A stretch of DNA of 64,000 nt from Alphaproteobacteria bacterium (lineage in GTDB: Bacteria > Pseudomonadota > Alphaproteobacteria > Bin95): assembly GCA_963665325.3 (NCBI GenBank), contig OZ224045.1, forward strand, positions 1,952,001 to 2,016,000. Reading direction: 5' to 3'. The position numbers were made by a program, and so were the translations under genes. The stretch's first letter is position 1. The number at the start of each line of letters is the position of its first letter. Below are positions 1-13,060 of this stretch, piece by piece. Under the pieces are notes generated by a model. The model ran no database searches. It saw only the letters and a list, made by a program, of their open reading frames with translations, and had not been told where the DNA came from.

Positions 1-336
1 CAGGACGGGCAGGCATTCACCTATCGCGAGATGGGGGTGGCGGTGCTGCAGGCGCTCGACAAAGTCACCGCGCGGATTTCCACCCTGACGATGCCGCTGG
101 AGCGAACGAGGCGATTCGGCACGCTGGAGGTCACGGTCTGGGCCTGCCGGAAGCGGCCGCCGGAGGAGCCGCCGGAAAGCGCGGTCTTCCTCACCGTCGT
201 CGAGCGCCGCCGGGACGCCCCGCCGGCGCGGCTGTTCCAGGGGTGGATGTTCGCATCGAGCCCCGCAATGTCGGCCCTGGAGCACCCGGTCTATGACATC
301 TGGGCGCTCGACTGCCGCGACAGGCCGCCCGAATAG
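1..336 (+). CDS. DUF2155 family protein (5' end lies outside the window)
   Basis: LQALDKVTAR, FGTLEVTVWAC, FQGWMFASSP..LEHPVYDIWALDC are typical DUF2155 motifs; frame is open from base 1. Confidence 0.85.
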   Translation, partial: QDGQAFTYREMGVAVLQALDKVTARISTLTMPLERTRRFGTLEVTVWACRKRPPEEPPESAVFLTVVERRRDAPPARLFQGWMFASSPAMSALEHPVYDIWALDCRDRPPE

Positions 337-339
337 GGA

Positions 340-1768
<1,429 letters not shown>

Positions 1769-1776
<8 letters not shown>

Positions 1777-4700
1777 GTGCCTCGGCACCCTGGGCGGCGG
1801 CCGCCATCTCGATAAGCGCGCGGCGGTAGTCCACGGGCATGACCTTGACGAACCGTGCCCGGGCGGCGTTCCAGTCCTCGAGCATGGCGGCAGCCACGAC
1901 GCTGCCGGTATAGCGGCGGTGGCGCTGGACCATGCCGTAAAGCCGCGCCTCGTCGTGGTTCATCATGTCGTGCAGGTCGTCGGCGTCCCGGCCGGTGGCG
2001 GCGACCGGCTCCAGCACCGCTGCAGCCAGATTGCACCGCTTCTCGAAGGTGCCGTCGGGGTCGTAGACATAGGCGATGCCGCCGCTCATCCCGGCTGCGA
2101 AATTCCGCCCGGTGCCGCCCAGAACCGCGACGCAGCCGCCCGTCATGTATTCGCAGCCATGGTCGCCGACGCCCTCGACAACCGCCCAGGCGCCTGAGTT
2201 GCGGACGGCGAAGCGCTCGCCGGCGACGCCGGAGAAGTAGCACTCACCTTCGATCGCTCCATAGAGCACCGTATTGCCGATGACGATATTTTCGCTCGGT
2301 GCATAAGGTGTCGCGGCAGGCGGGTAGATGACCAGCCGGCCGCCGGACAGGCCCTTGCCGACATAGTCGTTCGCGACGCCCTCGAGGTGAATCGCCATGC
2401 CGCGGGTTGCCCAGGCGCCGAAGCTTTGCCCGCCGACGCCCTTCGCCTCGATGACGATGGTGTCCTCGGGCAGGGCGGCATGGCCGCGCCTCTTTGCGAC
2501 CTCGCCCGCCAGCATGGCGCCGACGGAGCGGTTCACATTGCGTACGGGCGTGCGGATATTCACCGGCCGGCCTTCGTCCAGCGCTGGCGCGGCCTCCTCG
2601 ATCAGCCACTTGTCGAGCGCGCGGTCGAGGCCGTGGTCCTGCCCTTCGCAGTTATGGATAACGACGCCAGGCCCGACTTCCGGCTTGAACAGCAGCCGGT
2701 TCAGGTCCACGCCATGCGCCTTCCAGTGATCTTCCGCACGGCGCATGTCGAGCCTGTCGGAACGCCCGATCATCTCGTCGAAGCGCCGGAAGCCCATCCG
2801 CGCCATGATCTGCCGCACTTCCTCGGCAACGAAGAAGAAGAAGTTGATGACATCCTCCGGCGCGCCGGCGAAGCGCTTCCGAAGGTCCTCGTCCTGCGTG
2901 GCAATGCCGACCGGGCAGGTATTCAGATGGCACTTGCGCATCATGATGCAGCCCATGGCGATCAGCGGCGCGGTAGAGAAGCCGAACTCATCCGCACCGA
3001 GCAGCGCCCCGATGGCGACGTCGCGCCCGGTGCGCAGGCCCCCGTCCACCTGCACGGCGATGCGGGTGCGCAGATTGTTGAGCACGAGGGTCTGGTGCGT
3101 CTCGGAAAGGCCGATCTCCCAAGGCGAGCCGGCATGGGTGAGCGAGGTGACCGGCGACGCGCCCGTGCCGCCCTCGAAGCCCGAAATCGTGACATGGTCG
3201 GCCTTGGCCTTGGAGACGCCGGCGGCGACCGTGCCGACGCCCACTTCCGAGACCAGCTTGACGCTGATCCGCGCCGCCGGGTTCACATTCTTCAGGTCGT
3301 GGATGAGCTGGGCCAGGTCCTCGATCGAATAGATGTCGTGGTGCGGCGGTGGCGAGATCAGGCCGACGCCCGGCGTCGAGTGCCGCACGCGCGCAATATT
3401 GCGGTCCACCTTGTGCCCGGGCAGCTGCCCGCCTTCGCCGGGTTTCGCGCCCTGCGCCATCTTGATCTGGATATCGTTCGAGTTGGCGAGATACTCGGCC
3501 GTCACGCCGAACCGACCCGACGCCACCTGCTTGATCGCCGAGCGCATGCTGTCGCCGTTCGCCATCGGCTCGAAGCGGTCGGCCTCCTCGCCGCCTTCGC
3601 CGGTGTTCGACTTGCCGCCGATGCGGTTCATGGCGATGGCCAGCGTGGTGTGCGCCTCGCGCGAGATCGAACCGAAAGACATCGCGCCGGTCGCGAAACG
3701 CTTCACGATCTCCGCGGCAGGCTGGACCTCCTCGAGCGGTACGCCATTGCCGTCTTCCCGGAACTCGAACAGGCCGCGCAGCGTCATCAGCCTGCTGCTC
3801 CGCTCGTTCAGGATCGCCGCATATTCCTCGTAGCTGGCGGCATTGTCGGCGCGTGCGGCGTGCTGGAGCTTGGCGACCGAGTCCGGCTCCCACTGGTGGC
3901 GTTCGCCGCGCAGCCGGTAGGTGTATTCGCCGCCGACATCCAGCATGTTGCGGTAGATCGGCGAGTCGCCCCACGCGGCCCGGTGCCGGGCGACGGTTTC
4001 GGCCGCCACCTCGGCGAGCGAGGCGCCCTCCACGGTGGTCGCGGTGCCGGTGAAATAACGCTCGACGAAATCGCTCGCGAGCCCAACCGCATCGAAGATC
4101 TGCGCGCCGCAATAGGACTGGTAGGTCGAGATCCCCATCTTGGACATCACCTTCAGCAGGCCCTTGCTGACGGCCTTGATATAATTCTTGTGGACCTTCT
4201 CGCGCGTATAGCCGGCGGAGAAGGCGCCGTCCTCATGGAGTCCGTCCAGCGTCTCGAAGGCGAGATAGGGGTTGATCGCCTCGGCGCCATACCCCGCGAG
4301 CACGCAGAAATGATGCACTTCTCGCGCCTCGCCCGTTTCCAGCACAAGGCCGGCTCCGGTCCGCGATCCTTCGAGGATCAGGCGGTGATGGACCGCCGAG
4401 CAGGCCAGCAGCGCCGGCAGCGCGATCCGGTCCGGCCCGACCGAGCGGTCCGACAGGATGAGGATATTGAAGCCCTGTTCGACGGCCCGCTTCGCCTCGC
4501 CGCAAAGCCTTTCCAGAGCCGGTCCCATGCCCTCCGCACCTTCGGCGGCGTCCCAGGTGGTGTCCAGCGTTTCGGTCAGGAACGCCCCGCCTACTAGGTC
4601 GCCCACATGGCGGATCTTGTTGAGGTCGGTATCGGTCAGGACCGGTTGCGAGACTTCGAGACGGCGATGCGTCCCGCCGCTGTCCAGATCGAGCAGGTTC

Positions 4701-6355
4701 GGGCGCGGCCCCACCAGCGAGACCAGCGACATCACCAGTTCTTCGCGGATCGGGTCTATAGGCGGGTTGGTGACCTGCGCGAACAACTGCTTGAAATAGG
4801 TGTAAAGCAGCTTCGGGCGCTCGGAGAGCACGGAGATCGGCGTGTCGGTGCCCATCGACCCGACGGGATCGTCGCCGCCCTCGCCCATGGGCTGCAGGAA
4901 GACCTCCAGATCCTCGTTCGTGTATCCGAATGCCTGCTGGCGGTCGAGCAGCTCGCCCGCCGCCGGCCGGTTGCTGGCCGCTGGCGGGGGCGCCTCCAGG
5001 TCGTCGAGCCGGAAGCGCGTGCGGGCGAGCCACTGGCCGTAAGGCTGGGAGCGCGCCAGCTCCGCCTTGAGCTCGCCGTCGTCCACGATGCGTTGCTGTT
5101 CAAGGTCGATAAGGAACATCTTGCCCGGCTGGAGCCGCCATTGCCGGGCAATGCGCTCCGGCGGAATGTCGAGTACGCCGACTTCCGACGCCATCACCAC
5201 AAGGCCATCCGTGGTCACCAGGTAGCGCGCCGGGCGCAAACCGTTGCGGTCGAGCGTGGCGCCGATCTGCCGCCCGTCGGTGAATGCCACAGCCGCCGGG
5301 CCGTCCCAAGGCTCCATCAGCGCCGCGTGATACTCGTAGAAGGCGCGCCGCTCTTCGTCCATCAGCGGGTTGCCGGACCACGCTTCCGGGATTAGCAACA
5401 TCATTGCATGCGCGAGCGAATAGCCGCCCCGCGTAAGGAGTTCCAGCGCATTGTCGAAACAGGCGGTGTCCGACTGGTCCGGCGGAATCAGCGGCCAGAG
5501 CTTCTCCAGATCGTCGCCGAACAGCTTCGAACTGGTGGCATGCCGGCGCGCCGCCATCCAATTGTAATTGCCGCGCACGGTGTTGATCTCGCCATTGTGG
5601 CAGATCATCCGGTAGGGGTGCGCCAACCGCCAGGACGGGAAAGTGTTGGTCGAGAAACGCTGATGCACCAGCGCCAGCGCCGACGTGATCCGCTCGTCCT
5701 TGAGGTCGAGATAGTAGTCGCTCAATTGCGGCGCGAGCAGCATGCCCTTGTAAACGATGGTGCGGCAGGAGAGCGAGGGGATGTAAAAGTCGTCGAGGTC
5801 GGGCGTGCCTTCGTTTGCAGCTTCGTTCTCGATCCGCTTGCGGATGACGAACAGCTTGCGCTCGAACGCATCTCCCCGCCCGGTTTCCTTGCCCCGCGCG
5901 ACGAAGATCTGGCGCACGACGGGCTCCGTGCCGGCGGCGGTCGGACCCAGGGTATCGCTGGCCACCGGTACGGTCCGCCAGCCGGCGACATGCTGGCCTT
6001 CCTCGCGCACGATGCGCCCGACCAGCGCCTCATAGACGGTGCGCGGCGCTTCGGCCCGGGGCAGGAAGACGGAGCCGGCCGCATAGTCGGGCTCGTCCGG
6101 TAGGTCTATGCCGGCTTCCGGAGCCACGGCGCGGAACAGCGCATCCGGCTTTTGAATTAGGATGCCGGAGCCGTCCCCGGCCAGCGGATCGGCCCCGACC
6201 GCGCCTCTATGGTCCAGGTTGAGCAGGATTTCGAGGCCCTGCCGGATAATCCGGTGCGACTTGCGGTTCTGGATATCGACGACGAACCCGACACCGCAGC
6301 TGTCATGCTCGTTGCGCGGGTCGTAGAGTCCCTGCTTGGGCGGCAACGCAGACAA
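1769..6355 (-). CDS. gltB: glutamate synthase large subunit
   Basis: 1528 aa; Ntn [39 protein letters not shown]; TTG start with GGAGG RBS. Confidence 0.98.
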
Positions 6356-6561
6356 GGAATGTCACCTCCGCAGGTTTCGTTGGGAAAGAGCCGCAGCCTC
6401 TCACGCCGGTTTGAGCACAGCCCAAAGGAAAGCCGATATAAAGCATTGCGGGGCCGGGTAGAAGACGGCGGGACGGTTGGTCGCAACGCTTTTGCGCCTC
6501 CCGGGCGCGGGCATTGCGATGCGGTTAAGATGGGTCGGGTTCGACCGGCCGGGACAGGGGC

Positions 6562-7281
6562 ATGGCGGAACGCATTCTGATTACCGGCGGCGCGCGGCGC
6601 CTCGGTCTTGCGCTCGCGCGGGCGATGCTTGCGGACGGGCACCGGGTTGCGGTCCATACGCGCCGCAGCGAGCCGCCGGCCGATCTGGACGTCGTCCTGT
6701 TGCGAGGCGATCTGGACGACCCCTGCGTGCCGGCGCGGATCGTCGAAGAGGCGCATGCGCGGCTGGGCGGGCTTTCGGTGCTGGTGAACAATGCCGCGCG
6801 ATTTGAGCCGGACCGGATCGGGACGCTCGACTCCGCCTCCTTCGACGCGCATATGGCCACCAATCTACGCGCGCCGTTGTTTGCAATCCAGGCGTTCGCT
6901 GCCTCGCTCGGGCCGGACGGCACGGGGCTTGCGGTCAATATCGTGGACCAGAAGATTCGCCATCCGGGGGCGGGCTATCTCTCCTACACGCTCAGCAAGG
7001 TTGCGCTGGAGGGCGCCGTGCGGGCGCTGGCGGCGGAGCTGGCGCCCCGGCTGCGGATTGCGGCCATTGCGCCGGGCATCGTTTACGAGAGCGCTGGCAT
7101 GAAGCCCGGACGGCTGGAGACCCTGGGCGCCAGGCTGCCGCTCCGTCGCACGGCCCGACCGGATGAGGTTGCTGCCGCGCTTCGCTACCTGATCGACACG
7201 CCCTCGGTCACGGGCGAGACGCTTTTCGTGGATTCAGGGGAATCGTTGCGCGCGCGTTCGGTTATTCTGGGCGCAAGCTGA
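6562..7281 (+). CDS. SDR oxidoreductase, pteridine reductase/FolM-like
   Basis: TGGARRLG, NNAA, YTLSK catalytic motif, VTGETLFVDSG. Confidence 0.85.
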   Translation: MAERILITGGARRLGLALARAMLADGHRVAVHTRRSEPPADLDVVLLRGDLDDPCVPARIVEEAHARLGGLSVLVNNAARFEPDRIGTLDSASFDAHMATNLRAPLFAIQAFAASLGPDGTGLAVNIVDQKIRHPGAGYLSYTLSKVALEGAVRALAAELAPRLRIAAIAPGIVYESAGMKPGRLETLGARLPLRRTARPDEVAAALRYLIDTPSVTGETLFVDSGESLRARSVILGAS

Positions 7282-7298
7282 AGGGAGAGGGACGGCAA

Positions 7299-8759
7299 AT
7301 GGCGGCATATGACACGGTCATTCGCGGCGGCACGGTCGTTACGGCATCCGATATGTTCCGGGCAGATATCGGCATTGCCGGCGGGCGCATCGCGGCGCTC
7401 GGGGAGAACCTCGACAAGGGCGCGCATGAGATCGACGCCGGCGGCCGCCTGGTGATGCCGGGCGGCGTGGACAGCCATTGCCATATCGAGCAGCCGGGCT
7501 CCACCGGCGGCACCAATGCCGACACCTTCACCAGCGGCTCGATTTCAGCCGCCTGCGGCGGCACCACCACCACCATCAGCTTTTCGCCGCAGGTCAGGGG
7601 TCGGGGCGTGAGGGAAGCGATGGACGGCTATGCCGCGCTCGCGCGAAAATCGGTCATCGACTACTGCTTCCACATCATCGTGAACGACCCCTCCGACACG
7701 GTGATCGAGGAGGAGTTGCCGGAGCTGATCGCCGAAGGCCACCGGTCGATCAAGGTCTTCATGACCTATCCGTCCAATAGGATGGACGACGCGCAACTGC
7801 TCAAGGTGTTCGCCTGCGCGAAGCAGCACGGGGCGTTTGTGTGCGTCCATGCGGAGAACCACGACGCCATCATGTGGATGACCGACCGGCTGCTGGAGGC
7901 CGGGCTGACCTCGCCGCGCTACCATGCCTGGTCGAAGCCGCCGGTCGTCGAGCGCGAGGCGGTGCATCGGGTGATCGCGCTCGCCGAAATGCTGGACCTG
8001 CCGATCCAGGTCTTCCATGTCACCTGCGAGGAAGCCGCCGAGGAAATCCGCCGGGCGCAGGCGCGGGGCATCAAGGTGTTCGGCGAGACCTGCCCGCAAT
8101 ATCTGACCCTGACTGCCGAGGACATGGACCGCGACGGCTTCGAGGGCGCGAAGTTCATCTGCTCGCCCGCGCCGCGCACGGAAGAGGACCACGAAGCGAT
8201 CTGGCGGGCGCTCACCGACGGCACGCTCGGCATTGTGAGTTCCGACCATGCGCCCTACAGCTTCGACGACCCGAGGGGCAAGGCGCTGCACGGCGCCAAT
8301 GCGCGCTTCAGCGAAATCCCGAACGGCGTGCCCGGGCTGGAAACGCGCCTGCCGCTCGTGTTTTCCGAAGGTGTCGCCGCGGGCAGGATCGGGCCCTGCG
8401 AGTTCGTGGCGTTGACGTCCGCCAATCCGGCCCGGCTGTTCGGCCTCTATCCGAAGAAGGGAACGCTCGCCGTCGGGTCCGATGCCGACATCGCGATCTG
8501 GGACGCAGAGCGTGAAGTCACGATCCGAAGCGAAGACCTGCACACGCTGACCGACTACACGCCCTATGAAGGCATGTCGGTGACCGGCTGGCCCGTGATG
8601 ACGCTCTCGCGCGGCGAGGTGATCTGGAACGATGGCGAGGTAACGGCCGAGCCGGGGCGCGGCCGCTGGCTCAAGCGCGAGCCCTACGATTTCATCCGTC
8701 CCACCGGACGTTTCACCGCCCCCTTCGACCCCATCGCGCTCAGAAAGCTGGAGGAGTGA
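7299..8759 (+). CDS. hydA: dihydropyrimidinase/hydantoinase
   Basis: PGGVDSHCH, SIKVFMTY, HAEN, ETCPQYL, SSDHAP, GVPGLETRL. Confidence 0.93.
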   Translation: MAAYDTVIRGGTVVTASDMFRADIGIAGGRIAALGENLDKGAHEIDAGGRLVMPGGVDSHCHIEQPGSTGGTNADTFTSGSISAACGGTTTTISFSPQVRGRGVREAMDGYAALARKSVIDYCFHIIVNDPSDTVIEEELPELIAEGHRSIKVFMTYPSNRMDDAQLLKVFACAKQHGAFVCVHAENHDAIMWMTDRLLEAGLTSPRYHAWSKPPVVEREAVHRVIALAEMLDLPIQVFHVTCEEAAEEIRRAQARGIKVFGETCPQYLTLTAEDMDRDGFEGAKFICSPAPRTEEDHEAIWRALTDGTLGIVSSDHAPYSFDDPRGKALHGANARFSEIPNGVPGLETRLPLVFSEGVAAGRIGPCEFVALTSANPARLFGLYPKKGTLAVGSDADIAIWDAEREVTIRSEDLHTLTDYTPYEGMSVTGWPVMTLSRGEVIWNDGEVTAEPGRGRWLKREPYDFIRPTGRFTAPFDPIALRKLEE

Positions 8760-8762
8760 GGC

Positions 8763-9419
8763 GTGGGCATGCCTTACGAATTGCAGCTGTTCGAAGATGC
8801 TCTTTTCGGTGGCGAGGAGGTGCTGTTCGACGATCCCGCGCCGCGGGCGATCTATGTCTCGGCCGGCAGCGTCTCGGTGAATGGGGAATATCTTTTGTTG
8901 GATGAAGGAGTTGTTTCGACCGATGCGGTTCGGCTGTGCGCCGGCGGCGACGGTGCCACGGTCTGGCGGTGGGAGGTCGTGTCCGCAAACGAGGGACCGT
9001 GCGCATACGGCCATCGGACGACCCTTCGCCTTGCCGGCGGGATCGATCCGACCGCGATTGCCGACGAGCTACTGATCCGGCTGGACAGCGTCGCCTTCCC
9101 GCCCGGCGGCACGGCTCTTCTCCACACGCACCAGGGCCCCGGAATCAGGTGCCTCCGGGAAGGCGGGATAAGGATCGACACGGAAGGCCGCTCCTCTTCA
9201 TACGGCCCTGGCGGCGCCTGGTTCGAGAGCGGACCGGAACCTGTCTTCGCGCAAGCGTCGCCGGATGTCCCCAGCCGCTTCATTCGAGCGATGGTCCTGC
9301 CGCGTTCCCTGCTCGGCGCATCGTCCATTCGCTATGTCAGGGACGAAGACCGGGACAGGCCGAAGTCGCAGACCTACCGGGTGTTCGCCGAATTGCCGGT
9401 AAGCCCGGGTCCGCAATAG
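8763..9419 (+). CDS. cupin-domain protein
   Basis: FPPGGTALLHTHQGPGIRCL..GGAWFESG cupin motif; directly after hydA. Confidence 0.75.
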   Translation: MGMPYELQLFEDALFGGEEVLFDDPAPRAIYVSAGSVSVNGEYLLLDEGVVSTDAVRLCAGGDGATVWRWEVVSANEGPCAYGHRTTLRLAGGIDPTAIADELLIRLDSVAFPPGGTALLHTHQGPGIRCLREGGIRIDTEGRSSSYGPGGAWFESGPEPVFAQASPDVPSRFIRAMVLPRSLLGASSIRYVRDEDRDRPKSQTYRVFAELPVSPGPQ

Positions 9420-9607
9420 ACCGGTCGCCTTGCCTGCGGGGTGGCAGGGGCCGCGCGGCGTCCTTCCCCCCGGAGGAGGACTTGGCGGAGGAGCCGGAGA
9501 CCGGCTGGGAAGGCGGTTCAGTACGCCTTGTCGCGGCGGCGGCGCCGTTCGAAGATGCGGTCTCGACGCTCGCGGCAATATTCGCACGGTCAAAATCGCC
9601 GGCGTCC

Positions 9608-9645
9608 TTGGCTTGAATTGTAGTTAAGACCAGACTGTGACTGGT
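9608..9645 (+). promoter_or_regulatory. putative TA promoter (TTGGCT-17-CAGACT) overlapped by inverted repeat ACCAG-N7-CTGGT (possible operator)
   Basis: AT-rich patch upstream of the antitoxin; IR at 9629-9633 and 9641-9645. Confidence 0.4.
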
Positions 9646-9679
9646 TGATTTGGAGCGGGGCGCAAAGGAGACAGGCGCA

Positions 9680-9922
9680 GTGTCGGAAATTGGGGCGTTC
9701 GAGGCAAAAACCCACTTGCCGCAACTGCTTCGGCGGGTGGAAGCTGGCGAACGGTTCGTCATCACCAGGCACGGTCGGCCGTTGGCCGAATTGGTCCCGT
9801 TCCGCTCGCAGGATTCCGGCAAGGTGCAATCTGCGATCGATGCCTTGAAGGAGTTCCAGCGAACTCACTCCCTCGGCGGGATTCCGATCCGGCAGATGAT
9901 CGAGGAAGCGCGCAAACACTGA
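9680..9922 (+). CDS. Phd/YefM-family antitoxin
   Basis: IGAFEAKTHLPQLLRRVEAGERFVITRHGRPLAELVP; AAGGAG RBS, GTG start. Confidence 0.92.
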   Translation: MSEIGAFEAKTHLPQLLRRVEAGERFVITRHGRPLAELVPFRSQDSGKVQSAIDALKEFQRTHSLGGIPIRQMIEEARKH

Positions 9923-10338
9923 TACCTTTCGTTCTCGATTGCTCGGTCGCCATGGCTTGGGTGTTCCCCGACGAGTCCTCGCAGGCAACCGACCGGCTGC
10001 GCGATTCGCTCGTCAACGACCGCGCGTTCGTCCCGTCGCTTTGGCCCGTCGAAGTCGGTAGCGTGCTGCTTACTGCAACGCGCCGCCGCCGCATCGGTGT
10101 CGGCGAGTGTCCGGTGATCTGCGCCAGCCTGGACGCGCTTCCCATCGAAATCGAGCAGGTGTCCACATCCTGCGTATGGGGGGCGGCGCTCGCGCTTGCC
10201 GACCGCCATGACCTGTCCGTCTATGGCGCCACTTATCTCGAACTCGCGCTGCGCATGCGGCTACCGCTCGCCATGCTGGACCGGGCCCTGGGGGCCGCGG
10301 CGCGGGCAGCCGGGGTCGATACGCCTGCCACCGCATAG
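9919..10338 (+). CDS. VapC/PIN toxin, possibly degenerate
   Basis: FVLDCSVAMAW..PVEVGSVL..LSVYGATYLELA; the N-terminal PIN Asp is included only with a CTG start at 9919. Confidence 0.8.
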   Translation: MIPFVLDCSVAMAWVFPDESSQATDRLRDSLVNDRAFVPSLWPVEVGSVLLTATRRRRIGVGECPVICASLDALPIEIEQVSTSCVWGAALALADRHDLSVYGATYLELALRMRLPLAMLDRALGAAARAAGVDTPATA

Positions 10339-10604
10339 GCCGGCGGCACCGGTTTGCGCTTCATGGAGAATGCCGCCCCGATTTTCAACTCGGCCGGAGC
10401 GAAGCGGAGAGCCGGGGGCCAGGCAATCCAGGCCTGCGCCGTGTTGCGCCGGCAGTGCCGCGTGCCCCGGCTCAAGGCCAGGGCGACGATGGGGGAGGCC
10501 GTCCCCGGTTTTGATCGACGATCGCTGATATAAGTCCGGCGTCAGCATCGAGGAGTCGCCGAACCGGGCGGATGGGAGTGTCGGCAAGCGGGAGGAGAAA
10601 GAAT

Positions 10605-11360
10605 ATGCGTTGCAGCGGAAAAGTCGCGATCGTCACCGGCGGGGCGATGGGCATCGGCCGCGCAGTCGCGGAAGGCCTGCTCGCGGAAGGTGCGAACGTG
10701 GTCATTGCGGACCGTGCCGGCGCGGCAGAAGCCGCGAAGGCGCTCGACAACGCGGGAAGCAGCGTCATCGGCGTTGCTTGCGATGTGTCGAGCCAAAGCG
10801 AGACCGAGGCCATGGCCGGTGCCGCGCTGGAGGCGTTCGGCCGCATCGACGTGCTGGTCAACAATGCCGGGATCTACTCCTCGTTGAAGACCGGGCCCTT
10901 CGAGGAACTGGACATCGAGGAGTGGCGGCGCGTCCTCGAGGTCAACGTCATCGGGCAGGCGATGGCGACCCGTGCGGTCGTCCCTGCCATGCGCCGGCAG
11001 GGAGGAGGCTCGATCGTGAACTTCTCGTCGGGGACGCCGTTCAAGGGCGTTCCGTTCCTCCTGCACTATGTGGCGAGCAAGGGCGCCGTGAACGCGATGA
11101 CCAAGGCTTTGGCAAAAGAACTCGGCGCCGCGGATATACGGGTCAACGGGGTGGCGCCCGGCTTCACGCTCTCCGACGGCGTGCTCGGCAATCCCCACCA
11201 ATTGGAAAAGCTCCAGGAAATTTCACGGCAGGCCCGTGTCCTCCAAAGAGACCAGCATCCGGAGGATATAGTCGGCGCAGTGGTCTTCTTCGCTTCGCAG
11301 CAGTCCGCGTTCGTCACCGGACAAACGCTCGTCGTGGACGGCGGCGCCTACTTTCACTGA
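10605..11360 (+). CDS. SDR oxidoreductase
   Basis: TGGAMGIG, NNAG, HYVASK, TGQTLVVDGG. Confidence 0.92.
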   Translation: MRCSGKVAIVTGGAMGIGRAVAEGLLAEGANVVIADRAGAAEAAKALDNAGSSVIGVACDVSSQSETEAMAGAALEAFGRIDVLVNNAGIYSSLKTGPFEELDIEEWRRVLEVNVIGQAMATRAVVPAMRRQGGGSIVNFSSGTPFKGVPFLLHYVASKGAVNAMTKALAKELGAADIRVNGVAPGFTLSDGVLGNPHQLEKLQEISRQARVLQRDQHPEDIVGAVVFFASQQSAFVTGQTLVVDGGAYFH

Positions 11361-11446
11361 CCCGGACGGGCCGGTCTGGCACGGCAGTGTCCGGCCGTGC
11401 TTGAATGACGCCCGTTTCCTTCCCCTGAACGAAAGCCCGAGCCGTT

Positions 11447-12637
11447 ATGTCCGCTACGCTGCCTCTCGCCCATATCAAGGTTCTCGATCTCACCCGTGCC
11501 CGGGCGGGGCCGACGGCCGTGCGCCAGCTCGCCGACTGGGGTGCCGATGTGGTCAAGATCGAGGCGCCGCCCGGCGAGGACGCGCGCTCGGTGGTATCGG
11601 GGAGTCGTCACGGTTTCGACTTCCAGAACCTCCACCGCAACAAGCGGTCGATGACGCTCAATCTCAAGGCCGACAAGGGCCGCGAGATCTTCCTGGCAAT
11701 GGCGAAGGACGCCGATGTCATCGTCGAGAACTACCGCGCGGGCGTGAAGCACCGGCTCGGCATCGACTACGAGGCCGTTAAGGCCGTCAATCCGCGCATC
11801 GTCTATGGGTCGATCTCGGGTTTCGGCCAGTCCGGCCCCTACCGCGACCGGCCGGGCGTGGACCAGATTGCACAAGGCATGGGCGGCCTCATGTCGATTA
11901 CCGGCCTGCCAGGGCAGGGGCCGGTCCGGGTCGGCATCCCGATCGCGGACCTGACGGCCGGGCTGCACCTGGCGCAGGGAATATTGCTCGCGCTTTACGA
12001 ACGCGAGCGTTCGGGCGAGGGGCAATGGGTGCATACCTCGCTGCTGGAAGCGCAGATCATGATGCTGGATTTCCAGGCGGCGCGCTGGACGGTCTCGGGC
12101 GAGGTGGCCCCGCAAGCCGGCAACGACCACCCAACCTCGATCCCGACCGGCGTGTTCCCGACCTCCGACGGGCATATCAATATCGCGGCTTCGGGCAACA
12201 CCATGTTCGAGCGGCTCTGCGGCGCGCTCGGTTGCCCGGAGCTGGTTTCCCACCCCGACTATACCGACGACGGGAGCCGGTCGAAGAACCGGGCTGCGCT
12301 CAACAAGGTGCTCGGCGAATACACGGCCAGGCGTCCGAGCGAGGAGTGGGTGATTACGCTCAACGAGGCGCGCGTGCCCTGCGGACCGATCAACACAATC
12401 GACAGGACGATGACCGACCCGCAAGTCCGCCATCTCGGCATCGAGAAGGCAATGGCACATCCGGAACTCGGCGATGTCGGCGTCGTCGGCCAGGCCGCGA
12501 CGCTCTCGCGCAGCGGCGGTCGCCCCGATATCCGCATCCACACGCCCGAACAGGGCGAGCACACGGCGGATGTCCTCGCCGCACTCGGCTATGACGGCGC
12601 GGCCGTTGAAGCGCTGAAGGCGGAGGGAGTGGTGTAG
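11447..12637 (+). CDS. CaiB/BaiF family III CoA-transferase
   Basis: KVLDLT..AGP..LADWGADVVKIE, RNKRS, ENYRAG, YGSISGFGQSGP. Confidence 0.93.
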   Translation: MSATLPLAHIKVLDLTRARAGPTAVRQLADWGADVVKIEAPPGEDARSVVSGSRHGFDFQNLHRNKRSMTLNLKADKGREIFLAMAKDADVIVENYRAGVKHRLGIDYEAVKAVNPRIVYGSISGFGQSGPYRDRPGVDQIAQGMGGLMSITGLPGQGPVRVGIPIADLTAGLHLAQGILLALYERERSGEGQWVHTSLLEAQIMMLDFQAARWTVSGEVAPQAGNDHPTSIPTGVFPTSDGHINIAASGNTMFERLCGALGCPELVSHPDYTDDGSRSKNRAALNKVLGEYTARRPSEEWVITLNEARVPCGPINTIDRTMTDPQVRHLGIEKAMAHPELGDVGVVGQAATLSRSGGRPDIRIHTPEQGEHTADVLAALGYDGAAVEALKAEGVV

Positions 12638-12683
12638 GGCGAAGGCCGATCGTGTAGCGGCCGAAAGGATCGCACCGGAACCG

Positions 12684-12926
12684 TTACGGCAGGCGGTCGA
12701 GCACGGCTATGTGCAAGCCCCCCAGCACCGCTGCAAGCGCGGCGGCGATAGCGTAAAGGCGAACGATCAGTTCCGCCCGCAGGTTCGCCAAGTCTGCCTT
12801 CGTTGCCAATTGGTCCCGGTCGCGATCGGCCAATGCTGCCGCTATCGACTGCGCCTGTTCCTTTTCGACGCCGGCATCCTGCAGGGCCTTGGCGGCGGCG
12901 AAGATGTCGAAGGTAGCGGCAGCCAT
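12684..12926 (-). CDS. DUF1640/CCDC90-like small coiled-coil protein with C-terminal TM helix
   Basis: FDIFAAAKALQDAGVEKEQA..LATKADL..hydrophobic tail; GGAGG RBS. Confidence 0.75.
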   Translation of the reverse strand: MAAATFDIFAAAKALQDAGVEKEQAQSIAAALADRDRDQLATKADLANLRAELIVRLYAIAAALAAVLGGLHIAVLDRLP

Positions 12927-13060
12927 GCGGCCTCCGTTGTTTCAGCGGGACGACAAGGCCCCCAAGCGCAGTACCAGCTTGCCTCGCGCTGCCTGACTTA
13001 GCAAGAGATACGGAGCGACAGGAGTAGAAACAATGCCCTGTCTCCCGGCGCCCGGCCGCC

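Noticed and set aside
2387-4597. Long antisense ORFs (also 16718-18844, 38219-40858, 42185-44251, 43849-46566)
   Set aside because: Shadow frames of well-supported genes in high-GC DNA, with no motifs
9420-9610. GC-rich spacer with short ORFs between the cupin gene and the TA pair
   Set aside because: No recognisable motif, repeat or credible start
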